64,000 bases of DNA. Origin: Bdellovibrionales bacterium (GTDB lineage Bacteria > Bdellovibrionota > Bdellovibrionia > Bdellovibrionales > UBA1609). Positions 35,901-44,591 of this stretch are shown here, one piece after another. The notes beneath the pieces were generated by a model, which saw nothing but the letters and a program-made list of their open reading frames with translations, was not told the origin of the DNA and searched no databases. The position numbers and the translations under genes are program-made. The stretch spans positions 12,645 to 76,644 of the forward strand of contig DAHVQG010000014.1 in the NCBI GenBank assembly GCA_027317865.1. The letters are read 5' to 3'. How positions within the stretch are numbered: the first letter of the stretch is position 1; the number at the start of each line of letters is the position of its first letter.

Positions 35901-36180
35901 TTCGATTTATGCGGGAGCGGTCCAGCGTGTTCGCCCCAAAGTGATGACTGTCGCTTGTCTTTTAATGGCTTTAACACCGGTTATGCTTGAAGGAACTGCG
36001 CACGCGGGCGCAGATGTTATGAAACGTATTGCTGCGCCCATGCTCGGCGGAATTGTTACATCATTTGCACTTGAGCTTGCGGTATATCCGGCCATTTTTG
36101 CAATTTGGAAGTGGAACTTTGTTTTAAAGCGTAAGCGAAAGCTTATTGATAATATTGACGATAGGTTTGATAAGCAATGA
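32977..36180 (+). CDS. cusA: CusA/SilA-type heavy-metal RND efflux pump
   Basis: DALPDLSDTQV, EDQVTYP, GPDATGVGW, GAMVDAAIV; Met triad EFMPPL, PLSMTET, WTMPIK typical of Cu(I)/Ag(I) pumps. Confidence 0.95.
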   Translation: MIDKIIEFSARNRFLIFLLVIMATVAGWFSLKNLPIDALPDLSDTQVIIYTKWDRPPGIIEDQVTYPIISAMLGAPRVTDIRGISTFGTSYVYVTFKDGTDPYWARSRTLEYLSKISAELPANVHPELGPDATGVGWVYEYALVDKSGKHSLADLRTLQDWDLRYQLESVPGVAEVAAIGGYQLQYQVKLNPNALYSYHIPIEQVVHAIQQNNNEVGARVLEISGAEYMIRGRGYIKNRHDLDNTILAYKNGTPIYIKDVGTVTFGPEMRRGVADYDGEGDAVGGIVIMRYGANAEHVIAAVKKKLNEIKKTLPKGVRIVTTYDRSDLIHRAINTLKHELKLEIFVVCLVIIAFLLHLPSAIVPIVILPLAVLISFVPMYELHVSANIMSLGGIAIAIGAMVDAAIVVVENVYKHIEHFESSDKVIIHAIKEVGPSSFYSLLVIAVSFLPIFALKGQEGRLFKPLAYTKNISMFVAAVLSITLAPALLLALSRIRKLKIFGYPIGEKISQTRPEENHPISRALFRFYGPVVHWAVDHRKQVLFGALTILLLTIPAYLKLGSEFMPPLNEGTILYMPETLPGISIASAQNLLEREDQVLMSFPEVKRVFGKSGHADTATDPAPLSMTETTIMLKPRNEWPSQMTWKKLIAQMDAKMNFAGVTNSWTMPIKNRVDMLTTGIRTPVGIKIFGDNLKQIQKIGVELVPVLQKVRGTRSVFAERSTGGYYLDFDFNRERLARYGLNIAQAQNALMTAVGGKDISQTIQGRERFPINVRYFADYRSNINSLRHVLIATPSGAQIPMGEVANIRMVSGPDMIRDENGRLASYVYIDVTGRDIGRYVAAAKRAISKHLKLPTGMTIEWAGEYQNMSRADKTLKVVLPLTLLVVILLLFANTKSWAKTTIILMAVPFSAVGAVWLLFLLHYNMSVAVWVGLIALLGVDAETGIFMLLYLDLAYNAAYQKANHEGRLLSFEELRDSIYAGAVQRVRPKVMTVACLLMALTPVMLEGTAHAGADVMKRIAAPMLGGIVTSFALELAVYPAIFAIWKWNFVLKRKRKLIDNIDDRFDKQ

Positions 36181-36236
36181 TCCTTGTGGTAGCCGTTCCC
36201 TAACTAAAAATCATCTACAGCCACCCTGCCCGCCGT

Positions 36237-36947
36237 TTGAATAAGAAGATTTTGCCTTGCATTTTGAAACTTTGCTCGGGAGTTATTGGCCGAAACCCAT
36301 GCTTGGGTATTCAAGTCAAAGTTCCCGATGTAGAACAAAGAGTTCTCACCGCTTCAGAAGTTGAAGTCTTTCTTCAAAACGCCAGACTCACGAACCATAG
36401 GTTTTATCCTGTATGGGCGATGGCGCTCGGAACAGGAATGCGATCAGGTGAACTTTTTGCGCTCCTATGGACCGACATCGATTTTGACGGACGTACGATT
36501 TCAGTCACGAAACAATGGACAAATAAAAATGGAACGTGCCCGACAAAGACGCTTAGAAGTCGCGTGGTACCGATCTCAGATGATTTGCTTAAGTTTCTAA
36601 AGGAACTGAAACTAAAGCGCGGAGCTAAATACGACTGCGTGCTACCGCACCTCCCAGAGTGGGAAAACGGTCAACAGGCGCAGGTCACAAAGGATTTTTG
36701 CACGGCTTTAGGAATCACGCCGATCAAGTTTCACGATCTTCGAGCAACGTTTATTACAAGCTTATTGTCTCGTGGCGTACCGCTCGCTCAAGTTATGGCC
36801 ATCGTTGGTCATAACCAGATCAAAACCACAAATGGCTATCTTAGAAGAGCCGGAGTGGATGTTCTAGGAGCGACAAATAAGCTCGGCTACAAACTCCCAA
36901 GTGATGTGGCTGGAGCACAAGTCTTATCCATCGTACAAAATCAATGA
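36237..36947 (+). pseudogene. Tyrosine integrase, 5'-truncated (catalytic domain only)
   Basis: TGMRSGEL, FHDLRATF, GH....TT..Y retained; homology begins around RNPC; arm- and core-binding domains missing; no clear SD. Confidence 0.75.
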
Positions 36948-36972
36948 TGAAAGCGCAGGGCGCACAAGTGCC

Positions 36973-36990
36973 CTGCTACTTTTTGCTACT
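36973..36990 (+). repeat. Two (C/T)TGCTACT repeats (integrase arm-type sites, right end)
   Basis: CTGCTACT at 36973 and TTGCTACT at 36983, between the integrase stop and attR. Confidence 0.7.
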
Positions 36991-37057
36991 CGCAACATTC
37001 GATTTTATGGAATTTCACGGGGTTACGTGATAATTAATCTCCCCGACCAATTACAAT

Positions 37058-37534
37058 TTAATATTTATCCACGTAAGCTTTTCGCCTCTCTAAACTGCTC
37101 GCCGGCCACTCCGACTCAACATCATAATAGATTGCAAATGCTCGTGCTCCATCAGGGAGCTTCACCCATGTAACCTTTGATCGCGTATATATATGGACGT
37201 CTGGCTTCACTTGCGACGGATCGTCAAGCGTGCCCGCACGAACGAATCGAACAATGTCTTTTGTGCCACGATAATTGCTCCACAGTGCCACTTTGCATTT
37301 TGGACATCGCCAAATTTGCTGCCCCTTGCCACTTTCAGACGGGGTCAAAATTTTTTCCAGTTCACCCGACAGTGTTTCAACATTCTCGGCTTCGATGAGA
37401 ACATTAATTGCGAACGCACTGCCTGTTTCGCGCTGGCACCATGTACAGTGGCAACAATGAACAAATAGCGGTTCTCGTTTCAATCTGTATTTAACATGAC
37501 CACAAGTACAGCGACCCCTGAGCTGTTTATCCAT
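37058..37534 (-). CDS. GFA/CENP-V family Zn-binding protein
   Basis: GRCTCG, CCHCTWCQR, CPKC, GTLDDP, HIY..SK..W. Confidence 0.9.
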   Translation of the reverse strand: MDKQLRGRCTCGHVKYRLKREPLFVHCCHCTWCQRETGSAFAINVLIEAENVETLSGELEKILTPSESGKGQQIWRCPKCKVALWSNYRGTKDIVRFVRAGTLDDPSQVKPDVHIYTRSKVTWVKLPDGARAFAIYYDVESEWPASSLERRKAYVDKY

Positions 37535-37735
37535 TTTCGCTTTCAAATTTGTTTGCACCTCTCGTTGAAAAAAACCAAAAAGCCAATGCACCCATACATT
37601 CAAGGTAGGGGAAATTAAATGGGGGATTTATGAAAGTTTGCGCCGCCTATTTGATGGGTCTTTTTCGTATTTTGGGAACATTTGCCTATCATGTCGTTCA
37701 TATCAAGTTTCATATTTTTTAGCGCCAGGCACGAA

Positions 37736-39319
37736 TTAGTCAGGTCCTGATTTTGAGCACTTGTACAGTGCGAATGGGCCGATCGTGTCTATTTTTTTAT
37801 AGTGTTCAGCAAATAACTTGCGAAACTTGCGCGTGAACAGCGCGGTTTGATGGTGATAAATACTGCCCGCAGTCCACGGCTTACCGGTTGCAGGCAAAAC
37901 GAACTCACGCACTTCGCAACTACCCAAAGCCTGATAGGTAGCCTCTGGAATTTTAACGTGCGCAAGGTGAAAATCCATTATGGACGGCATGTCCACGAGC
38001 ATTCTGCCGCCTCGACTGACCAGCTCAGGGGTAAGGTAGAATAGGTCATAATTACGATAGTCAACCCCCTTGTCCGTCACGCCCATCGATTTGGGGCCGG
38101 GATATTTTTTCTCAATTTTACGTAAATCGCGTAGGTCAGCGACCGCTCGCTTGCCGCGCCCGTTAAAAAAAGCCAAATAGCGCCCCTCGTATTGCGGCAC
38201 CATCCAAAACATCCCTAAAAAACAACAAACGGCGAATCGTCGCAATTGTGAAGTCCTCTTTTTGACGAGGGTCTCTTCGCCAACAGCTGCAAAGTAGAAC
38301 AATAAAGGTAAAAACGGCATAAAGTAATAGAGTCCAGATCCTGTTTTACAAGCCAGAATGACGGTCGCCGATAGTGTGCCCGCAAGAGCATAGAACGTAC
38401 CACGATATCGCGCTTGAAATCCCGACAAGATAAAAATCGCGGCAAACGGCAAAAGAAAAATAATGTTGTCGCGAAATAATTTAAAATTGAGCTCGTGAGT
38501 CGCTAAAAACAATATCGCCAAAAAATTCTTTAAGCTCACACCCGGAATAAGAAAAAAAGCAAATCCCGTCGCCGCTGCCATTAAACAAAACACCGCGATT
38601 AGTCCAATTTTATTTCGAGGATTTTTTCGCTCCAAATAAAAAACGAACGACGGAATCACATCAACACACGCGTTGATCTTACAGTTAGCGAGACATCCGC
38701 CAATGATACCGAAGACAGCCGCCAATAAAAAACTTAGCGCCCCACTTGAAGAAGTTTGTGATGAGGGCGTTTCTGCGAGCAACAGGCTCAACACGGTCAG
38801 AGGCAAAATAAAGGCGTCAGGACGATCCCAAAAGCTTGCATTATAGAAATCGATCAGAATCGCGGCAAACGTCGCCAATATAACCATTTTTTTTAGGAGC
38901 GGCCATTCGCGATTTCGTCGAACGAGCGCTCCCATCAAAATTAACGTAAGAATAAGCGACAACACGCCGGGCAATTTAGAGGCGAAAAATACATCCCATC
39001 CCGTTTTTTGAAAAAGGGCATTAATGAGCGTCGGCAGCGGCCCGTAGAGCAATGAATACCGGTCGGCGTTCGCGAGCGAGTGATAAATCGGATGGCCGCG
39101 TAGCCAATAAGCCGCAACCGACGCGATATTTTCTTCGCCGTATTCGAAGTATCCGGGCGTCGATAAGTAGCGAATGGCATTAGACGCAAGCACGACAATA
39201 GTCGCCCCCATGAGAACGTAAAGTATTGCTTTTGAAATGCGAACAGTCGCGGGCGACCAAGTTTTGTTTTGTAATGAAAATGCGATTGCCGTGAACAGTA
39301 CAAGTGGAATTATAGTCAT
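37736..39319 (-). CDS. Polytopic membrane protein, probable GT-C-type glycosyltransferase
   Basis: EYGEE, YGPL, DRPD motifs; many TM helices; soluble C-terminal domain. Confidence 0.65.
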   Translation of the reverse strand: MTIIPLVLFTAIAFSLQNKTWSPATVRISKAILYVLMGATIVVLASNAIRYLSTPGYFEYGEENIASVAAYWLRGHPIYHSLANADRYSLLYGPLPTLINALFQKTGWDVFFASKLPGVLSLILTLILMGALVRRNREWPLLKKMVILATFAAILIDFYNASFWDRPDAFILPLTVLSLLLAETPSSQTSSSGALSFLLAAVFGIIGGCLANCKINACVDVIPSFVFYLERKNPRNKIGLIAVFCLMAAATGFAFFLIPGVSLKNFLAILFLATHELNFKLFRDNIIFLLPFAAIFILSGFQARYRGTFYALAGTLSATVILACKTGSGLYYFMPFLPLLFYFAAVGEETLVKKRTSQLRRFAVCCFLGMFWMVPQYEGRYLAFFNGRGKRAVADLRDLRKIEKKYPGPKSMGVTDKGVDYRNYDLFYLTPELVSRGGRMLVDMPSIMDFHLAHVKIPEATYQALGSCEVREFVLPATGKPWTAGSIYHHQTALFTRKFRKLFAEHYKKIDTIGPFALYKCSKSGPD

Positions 39320-39378
39320 AGCTTCACAAATTCTTACTTTAGCCGGTCATATGTTGTTTAAGTTATAGCCGTTCAAAG

Positions 39379-39454
<76 letters not shown>

Positions 39455-39614
39455 AAAGTTGAACAAAGTTACCCAAAATCGATGACATTCTTCTATACCT
39501 GTCAACAGGTTACAGTGCAATCGCGTACTGCTCAACTGCGCGCATTTTCGTCACCGGTATTGAAGCGATTTCGTGAACAAAAGCCGCTCCACGCAAAAAA
39601 ACGCCCCTAGGCCC

Positions 39615-39629
39615 TGGCATCTTGATTGC
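39615..39629 (+). promoter_or_regulatory. Sigma54 (-24/-12) promoter of the Agl-Glt-like operon
   Basis: TGGCAT-CTTGA-TTGC, GG-N10-GC, about 105 nt upstream of the first ATG. Confidence 0.7.
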
Positions 39630-39733
39630 CTGTTTGTAGCGACCGTAGGCGTAGAACATTTTGGACGGGTGTGAATATCCTTCCAAACAGTTGACGAAAA
39701 TTGGCCGCTTAAATCGGCAGACAGGAGATCACG

Positions 39734-40432
39734 ATGGATATGAGCAGCATGAACGTGTTTGGCATGATTGCCCATGCGTTTGCACAAGGCGGAATTTGGA
39801 TGATCGCAATTATGGCCGCCCAAATTTTTTCGCTGGCGATTATCGCCGAACGGTTTTACGCGCTCTTTATGGCGCGATCAAAAAACCAAGGCAAAATTGC
39901 CCGCGAATTTGAAGAAGACATAAAAAAAGGCCGGCTGGATCGTGTTATGCATAAGACTCGGTCGCTCGCCGCAAACGAACCGATCGCCGCAGTCGCTTAT
40001 GCGGGGGTTCAAGCCGCGCAAGATCTTGGCGGTCGCGATGAAATTCAGGCGCGAATGGACGAGGTGCTTTCAATAGAAAACGCAAAACTCGAACGCCGCA
40101 CCGGATTTCTTTCGATGCTTGGTAACGTCGGTACACTTCTTGGTCTTTTGGGTACGATTGTAGGTTTGATCCGCGCGTTTTCGTCGATTGCCGATATGTC
40201 CGCGGCTCAAAAATCAGTTTATCTCTCGCAAGGCGTAGCGCTTGCTATGAACTGTACAGCTTACGGTTTGATTGTGGCCATCCCGGCGCTTGTTATGTAC
40301 GCGATTTATATGAATCGCACGCAGCACTTACAAGATGATTTAAACCAGGCGGCATTTCGCGTGTTTAACTGGCTCAGTTTTAACTTTCAATCTGTAACAG
40401 TTAAACCGTCGCGTCCGCAAAAAAGCTTATAG
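39734..40432 (+). CDS. MotA/TolQ/ExbB proton-channel subunit (AglR-like)
   Basis: GG.WM, IAER, GTLLGLLGTIVG, AMNCTAYGL.VAIP. Confidence 0.92.
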   Translation: MDMSSMNVFGMIAHAFAQGGIWMIAIMAAQIFSLAIIAERFYALFMARSKNQGKIAREFEEDIKKGRLDRVMHKTRSLAANEPIAAVAYAGVQAAQDLGGRDEIQARMDEVLSIENAKLERRTGFLSMLGNVGTLLGLLGTIVGLIRAFSSIADMSAAQKSVYLSQGVALAMNCTAYGLIVAIPALVMYAIYMNRTQHLQDDLNQAAFRVFNWLSFNFQSVTVKPSRPQKSL

Positions 40433-40442
40433 AGGCTAAAAC

Positions 40443-40892
40443 ATGAACCGTCACAAACGTAAATCGCTCGACTTTGAATTGAACCTGCTGCCATTCATCT
40501 CGGTTCTTGCGGTGTGCATCAGTTTTTTACTGATCACATCCGTTTGGACCAAAATCGGAACGTTCAATCTCAAGCAGGCTTTCGGAACAGATGGCGCGCA
40601 CCCCGGAGTGAAGAACCCGCCATCGCTGTGGGTTAAAATGGAAAACGACGGCTCAATGGAAATGAAAGTAAATGCGCTCGAAAATTTGCCGGCACGGTTG
40701 CAAAACGCTCATATCTCGGCTCGCAACTGGTACGCTGTCGAATCTTACGCGCATACTCTCAAAACAATTGCGCCACAACTCGACACGGCACTTATTTTGC
40801 CCGCACCTGACTCGACCTACGCGAACATAGTGAACGTCATGGATCGTCTCAAACAACAAAAATTTTCGCAAGTTGGCATTGCGCCACTTTAA
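40443..40892 (+). CDS. ExbD/TolR family subunit (AglQ-like), channel Asp replaced by Ser
   Basis: FELNLLPFISVLAV..SFLLITSVW; Y.NIVNVMD.L. Confidence 0.85.
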   Translation: MNRHKRKSLDFELNLLPFISVLAVCISFLLITSVWTKIGTFNLKQAFGTDGAHPGVKNPPSLWVKMENDGSMEMKVNALENLPARLQNAHISARNWYAVESYAHTLKTIAPQLDTALILPAPDSTYANIVNVMDRLKQQKFSQVGIAPL

Positions 40893-40908
40893 ATAAAGGG
40901 CTTACGCC

Positions 40909-41415
40909 ATGTTGGAGCAAAACCAAATCCTCAAACAAACTTACATCCACTCTGAGTTGGGTGATAAGCGGGTGATGCACCCAACCGGCAGTAGCGCATC
41001 GACTGGCAAAAAACGAATAGAGTCGTCACTTACGCTCACCTCACTTGTTGATTGTTTTACGACTATTCTAGTTTATTTATTGCTCGCCTCGTCGTTTGGC
41101 GCGGCCGACCTGCACATCCCGCGAAACATGCACTTACCGAGTGCCTCGAATAGCACCAACCTTGAAAATGGAATCGACGTGGTTGTGAATAACGGCCGTT
41201 ATATGATTGAAGTGGGTCGGTCAAAGCGAATTGTGCCGGTCCAACAATTGATTGAAACATTACGCGAACAAAAACGTTCGAACCAGAAAAATTTCATTGT
41301 GGTAGAAGCCGACAAAAACACTGATTTTTCGCAAATTAACCCCGCTGTTTTAGCGGGCCTTGAGGCTGGTTTTAAACAAGTCCGGTTTGCCGTCATGCAG
41401 AAGGATGCGCCGTAA
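40909..41415 (+). CDS. ExbD/TolR family subunit (AglS-like)
   Basis: LTLTSLVDCFT.ILVYLL; ADK..DF; AGF..VRFAV. Confidence 0.88.
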   Translation: MLEQNQILKQTYIHSELGDKRVMHPTGSSASTGKKRIESSLTLTSLVDCFTTILVYLLLASSFGAADLHIPRNMHLPSASNSTNLENGIDVVVNNGRYMIEVGRSKRIVPVQQLIETLREQKRSNQKNFIVVEADKNTDFSQINPAVLAGLEAGFKQVRFAVMQKDAP

Positions 41416-44303
41416 TGCGATTTTTACAGTTGCGTCTTTTTTCTCTAGTACTTCTTGCCGCGACCACGGCCGGCGTCGCTCCTGTGGCGCATGCCGAAAC
41501 GGGGCGGATTAACGAAAGCACGATGACCATGGTTATCGACCGGCTTCAGAATGTGCTGTCTGACTTGCACAATCGCGCCGTTAAAGCTCGCGTTCTTGCG
41601 CGTGTCGGCGATTTACTTTCTGATCGTGCCCAACTTCGCGCTTTCAACGCCGTCAAAAATAACTGCAAAACGTGCCATGGCGCGCGCATCGACCGATTCA
41701 ATGCAATCCACGACTATCTTGAAGCGCTAGCGCTCAGCCAGACAACAAAAAAAGCCCTCACACCGGATCGGGCCGCTCAGATCCTAACTCAAACTGCGTA
41801 TCTTTATTCGCTCGTGGGCGAACATGCAAAAGCAAAGGCGCTTTACACGCAAATCATCGAGCGACGAGGTGTTGCGTCGAGCGCCGAACTTATTGGTGAG
41901 GCGTACGCAGGCCGCGGCGAACTCTTCTTTGACGCGGGCGATTTCATTAAAGCGGAACACGATTATGAAAATGCCCTTCGCTACCCAATTCAAAATGCTA
42001 ATTTCGTACAATATCATTTAGCTTGGTGCGAGTTTGACTTGGGGGACACCAATCAAGCTAAAAATCGTTTGATCGCGGTTTTACGCTCCCCGATAAACCC
42101 CCATGACCCGGTTTCGTTTCGGCACGATATGGCCCGTGATTTGGTGACATTTGTCGCGCGCGAGCCCATTACACTTGCCTCGATTAACGAACTCATGAGC
42201 GTCACCCCCAAAGGCGATCGCGCCGCCAATTTATTTTATTTAGGCCAAGAAGCAGCTCATTTCGGTAACCACGCCGGTTCGCTTTTGGTTTGGAATGTTT
42301 ATGCGCGAACCGTTAAAGTGAGCGATGCCCATTCTCTTGCCATGCAAATGAGCACGGCTCAAGAACTGTGGGATGAAGGCCGTACCGCCGACTCACTTCG
42401 CGTTTATCAAATTTTTCTAAAGAATTTTGCAAGTCAAAATTGCTCCAAACTTGACAACTGCGACACCTTAAAGGCGCGTTCGCGCGAATATGTGGTGGAA
42501 TGGTTAAAGCGCGACCGGCTTCACCCCAACCCCCGGTTATTGACCGCACTTCAAAGTTATACGCAGACTTTCGCAAACGACGCCGAGATGATCGAGTGGA
42601 CGGGCCATATTGCCCGACACCTCAAGCAATACCTGGTTGCGACGCATGAATATCACCTTGCCGCCGACGCCGCCGCTTTGAAAATCGCCAACAGCAAAAT
42701 CGATCCAAAAAAGAAACCGGAATTGCACAAAATTTTGCAGGATTCGCTTCTTGGCGAGATCGAATGTGCCGAAGCCACAAATAACACCGCGATACGTTCA
42801 ACTGCGTATCAACATTATCTGCAGCTTTTACCGAACGGTCCCCAACAACTCGAAGTACGTTACCAAATTGCCTATCTTGAGTACAAAGCGGGGCACGACG
42901 CGCGTGCGGCCCAGGCTTTTTATGCTATTGCTAACAGCCCGACTAAATACTTCGCCGATCGCAAATGGCAGAAGCTCGCAGCACATCTGAGTATTCGGGC
43001 CAACGTTAACGCCGCTGTTATGCAAAACAAAAACGGCCAAGAAAATCAGGCTCTCAACCGGTTAAAGTCGATTCCGCTTGTGGGCGCTACTCCTGATGAA
43101 CGCGTTCGCGTTTTTAGAAATGAAATCGTTTTAGCAAAAAAACTCAACGACGTTGCAACGGTTGCTGTTGCTTCGTATGGCCTTGACCAAACTCCAAAAA
43201 TATCGCGAGAAACCCGCCGTTTTGCTCTAGAAAACGAACTTTGGGCGGATGAAATGAAAATGGATTTTCATTCGGCGTTCTTTGCCGCGCTCAATCTTAA
43301 CCGAATGGGTTTTCGAAGCAGCTCCGATTTACTTCGCCTAGCTCTTCTCGCCGAGTTATCCGGTCACCCGTCGTGGCCCTATTATGCCCAGTATCTCAGA
43401 CAAGAGCGAAGCATCGTGCAAGCTAACTTGATCCGAGAAAAATTGGTGCATGAATCCCGAGACCCGTGGCATACGCTTGCCTATTATCGAAATGAGTTAC
43501 GTCGAACTCCCGAAATTTATGGCGCTACAGTTTTAGAATGTTTCGCGCGCGACCCGGTTGTACGCTTTTTACCCTATTACTTACGGGACTGGTCGATCCG
43601 CCGCAGTTCACAATATGAAGCGCTGTTTCGCTACTACACTCTTGCGCAAAACCGCGACCTTGACTGGCGCTTAAGCCGCGACGGTCATCGCGTAACGCCT
43701 TATCGCATGCAACTTATTCGTCGCGCTTCGTGGTTGGCAAATGTTGCGGTCCAACACCACGATTTTATCCTCGAAATCGTCAATCTTAATCGTGTCGAGC
43801 ACGCCTACCAAAATTTGGCGTACGACCTTAAGCGCACACCCACGCCGAGATATTTAAATTGGTACCACAAACGGCTCTACCGCCGGCTTTTAAATTATAA
43901 AATTGCCGCGTACGATCGAGATGCTCAGTCGATTCAACGGCAATTACAAAGTTTATGGGAAAACGGTGCCGGTCTCAATTCACTCACGAAACTTGCGCAA
44001 TCTGATCTGGGTGTCAGACGGCGACTGGTCATCCGCGACCTCTATACGATTTTGCCGTTTGCTCCAAGTTCGCAAAAGTCGAAAATTGTTCAAGCCGTCG
44101 CTGATGCCGAAATCAACCCCAATTGGGATGAAATCGCGCGCGCCCGTGAAGCCGTTCGCAAAAATCCGTTTGATCTCAGCCGCATTGTTAAGCTGAAACA
44201 GCTGGAATCGCGTAGCGGAAATACATCGATGGTCGTATTTCTCGACGCGCGCCTAGCCCAGAACAAAACTTTCGGCGCCAATTTTGGAGGAGTGATCGAA
44301 TGA
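41415..44303 (+). CDS. Large periplasmic TPR protein (GltD/AgmU-like)
   Basis: Signal peptide; RGELFF, YHLAWC.F.LG, YQIAYLEY TPR motifs; TAATG coupling; gene context. Confidence 0.72.
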   Translation: MRFLQLRLFSLVLLAATTAGVAPVAHAETGRINESTMTMVIDRLQNVLSDLHNRAVKARVLARVGDLLSDRAQLRAFNAVKNNCKTCHGARIDRFNAIHDYLEALALSQTTKKALTPDRAAQILTQTAYLYSLVGEHAKAKALYTQIIERRGVASSAELIGEAYAGRGELFFDAGDFIKAEHDYENALRYPIQNANFVQYHLAWCEFDLGDTNQAKNRLIAVLRSPINPHDPVSFRHDMARDLVTFVAREPITLASINELMSVTPKGDRAANLFYLGQEAAHFGNHAGSLLVWNVYARTVKVSDAHSLAMQMSTAQELWDEGRTADSLRVYQIFLKNFASQNCSKLDNCDTLKARSREYVVEWLKRDRLHPNPRLLTALQSYTQTFANDAEMIEWTGHIARHLKQYLVATHEYHLAADAAALKIANSKIDPKKKPELHKILQDSLLGEIECAEATNNTAIRSTAYQHYLQLLPNGPQQLEVRYQIAYLEYKAGHDARAAQAFYAIANSPTKYFADRKWQKLAAHLSIRANVNAAVMQNKNGQENQALNRLKSIPLVGATPDERVRVFRNEIVLAKKLNDVATVAVASYGLDQTPKISRETRRFALENELWADEMKMDFHSAFFAALNLNRMGFRSSSDLLRLALLAELSGHPSWPYYAQYLRQERSIVQANLIREKLVHESRDPWHTLAYYRNELRRTPEIYGATVLECFARDPVVRFLPYYLRDWSIRRSSQYEALFRYYTLAQNRDLDWRLSRDGHRVTPYRMQLIRRASWLANVAVQHHDFILEIVNLNRVEHAYQNLAYDLKRTPTPRYLNWYHKRLYRRLLNYKIAAYDRDAQSIQRQLQSLWENGAGLNSLTKLAQSDLGVRRRLVIRDLYTILPFAPSSQKSKIVQAVADAEINPNWDEIARAREAVRKNPFDLSRIVKLKQLESRSGNTSMVVFLDARLAQNKTFGANFGGVIE

Positions 44304-44590
44304 AACACTCTATACCTGCTCTCATAACTTTATGTGTTGTTTGTAGTTCAAGCTCGATGGTTTTCGCCAGAAGCATCACCTATCAGCGCCCAACACGCTG
44401 GCATCAAACCCGCGTCGCACGCGAAATGCCACGACCCAGTTTGAGCACCAATTTTCGTTTCAATCCGGTCACCGTGCATGGCGAATACGAGAGTCCTGAT
44501 GAGGGTATCGTGACGGTTGAAGACAATAAAACTCTTGGCGATCTGCTCAACTATAACACGAACTACAAAAGTCGCCTGGCGGAGGAGTGA
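44300..44590 (+). CDS. Small secreted protein (GltF/CglF-like)
   Basis: Signal peptide; F.F....V.G....P.E..V...LL pattern; position between the TPR and TonB-C genes. Confidence 0.55.
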   Translation: MKHSIPALITLCVVCSSSSMVFARSITYQRPTRWHQTRVAREMPRPSLSTNFRFNPVTVHGEYESPDEGIVTVEDNKTLGDLLNYNTNYKSRLAEE

Positions 44591-44591
44591 A

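Larger units (their letters stand above)
25274..37049. mobile_element. Genomic island integrated at the tRNA-Pro 3' end (decayed)
   Basis: TCTCCCCGACCA at 25274-25285 repeated at 37038-37049; integrase remnant next to the distal copy; TGCTACT repeats at both ends; metal-efflux cargo. Confidence 0.82.

Noticed and set aside
37058-39378. Second island at the tRNA-Ala 3' end
   Set aside because: No duplicated tRNA-Ala end or associated integrase found
39629-39728. Riboswitch-like pairing of CCTGTTTG with the SD region CAGACAGG
   Set aside because: The 5' strand lies upstream of the predicted sigma54 start (about 39641) and would not be transcribed
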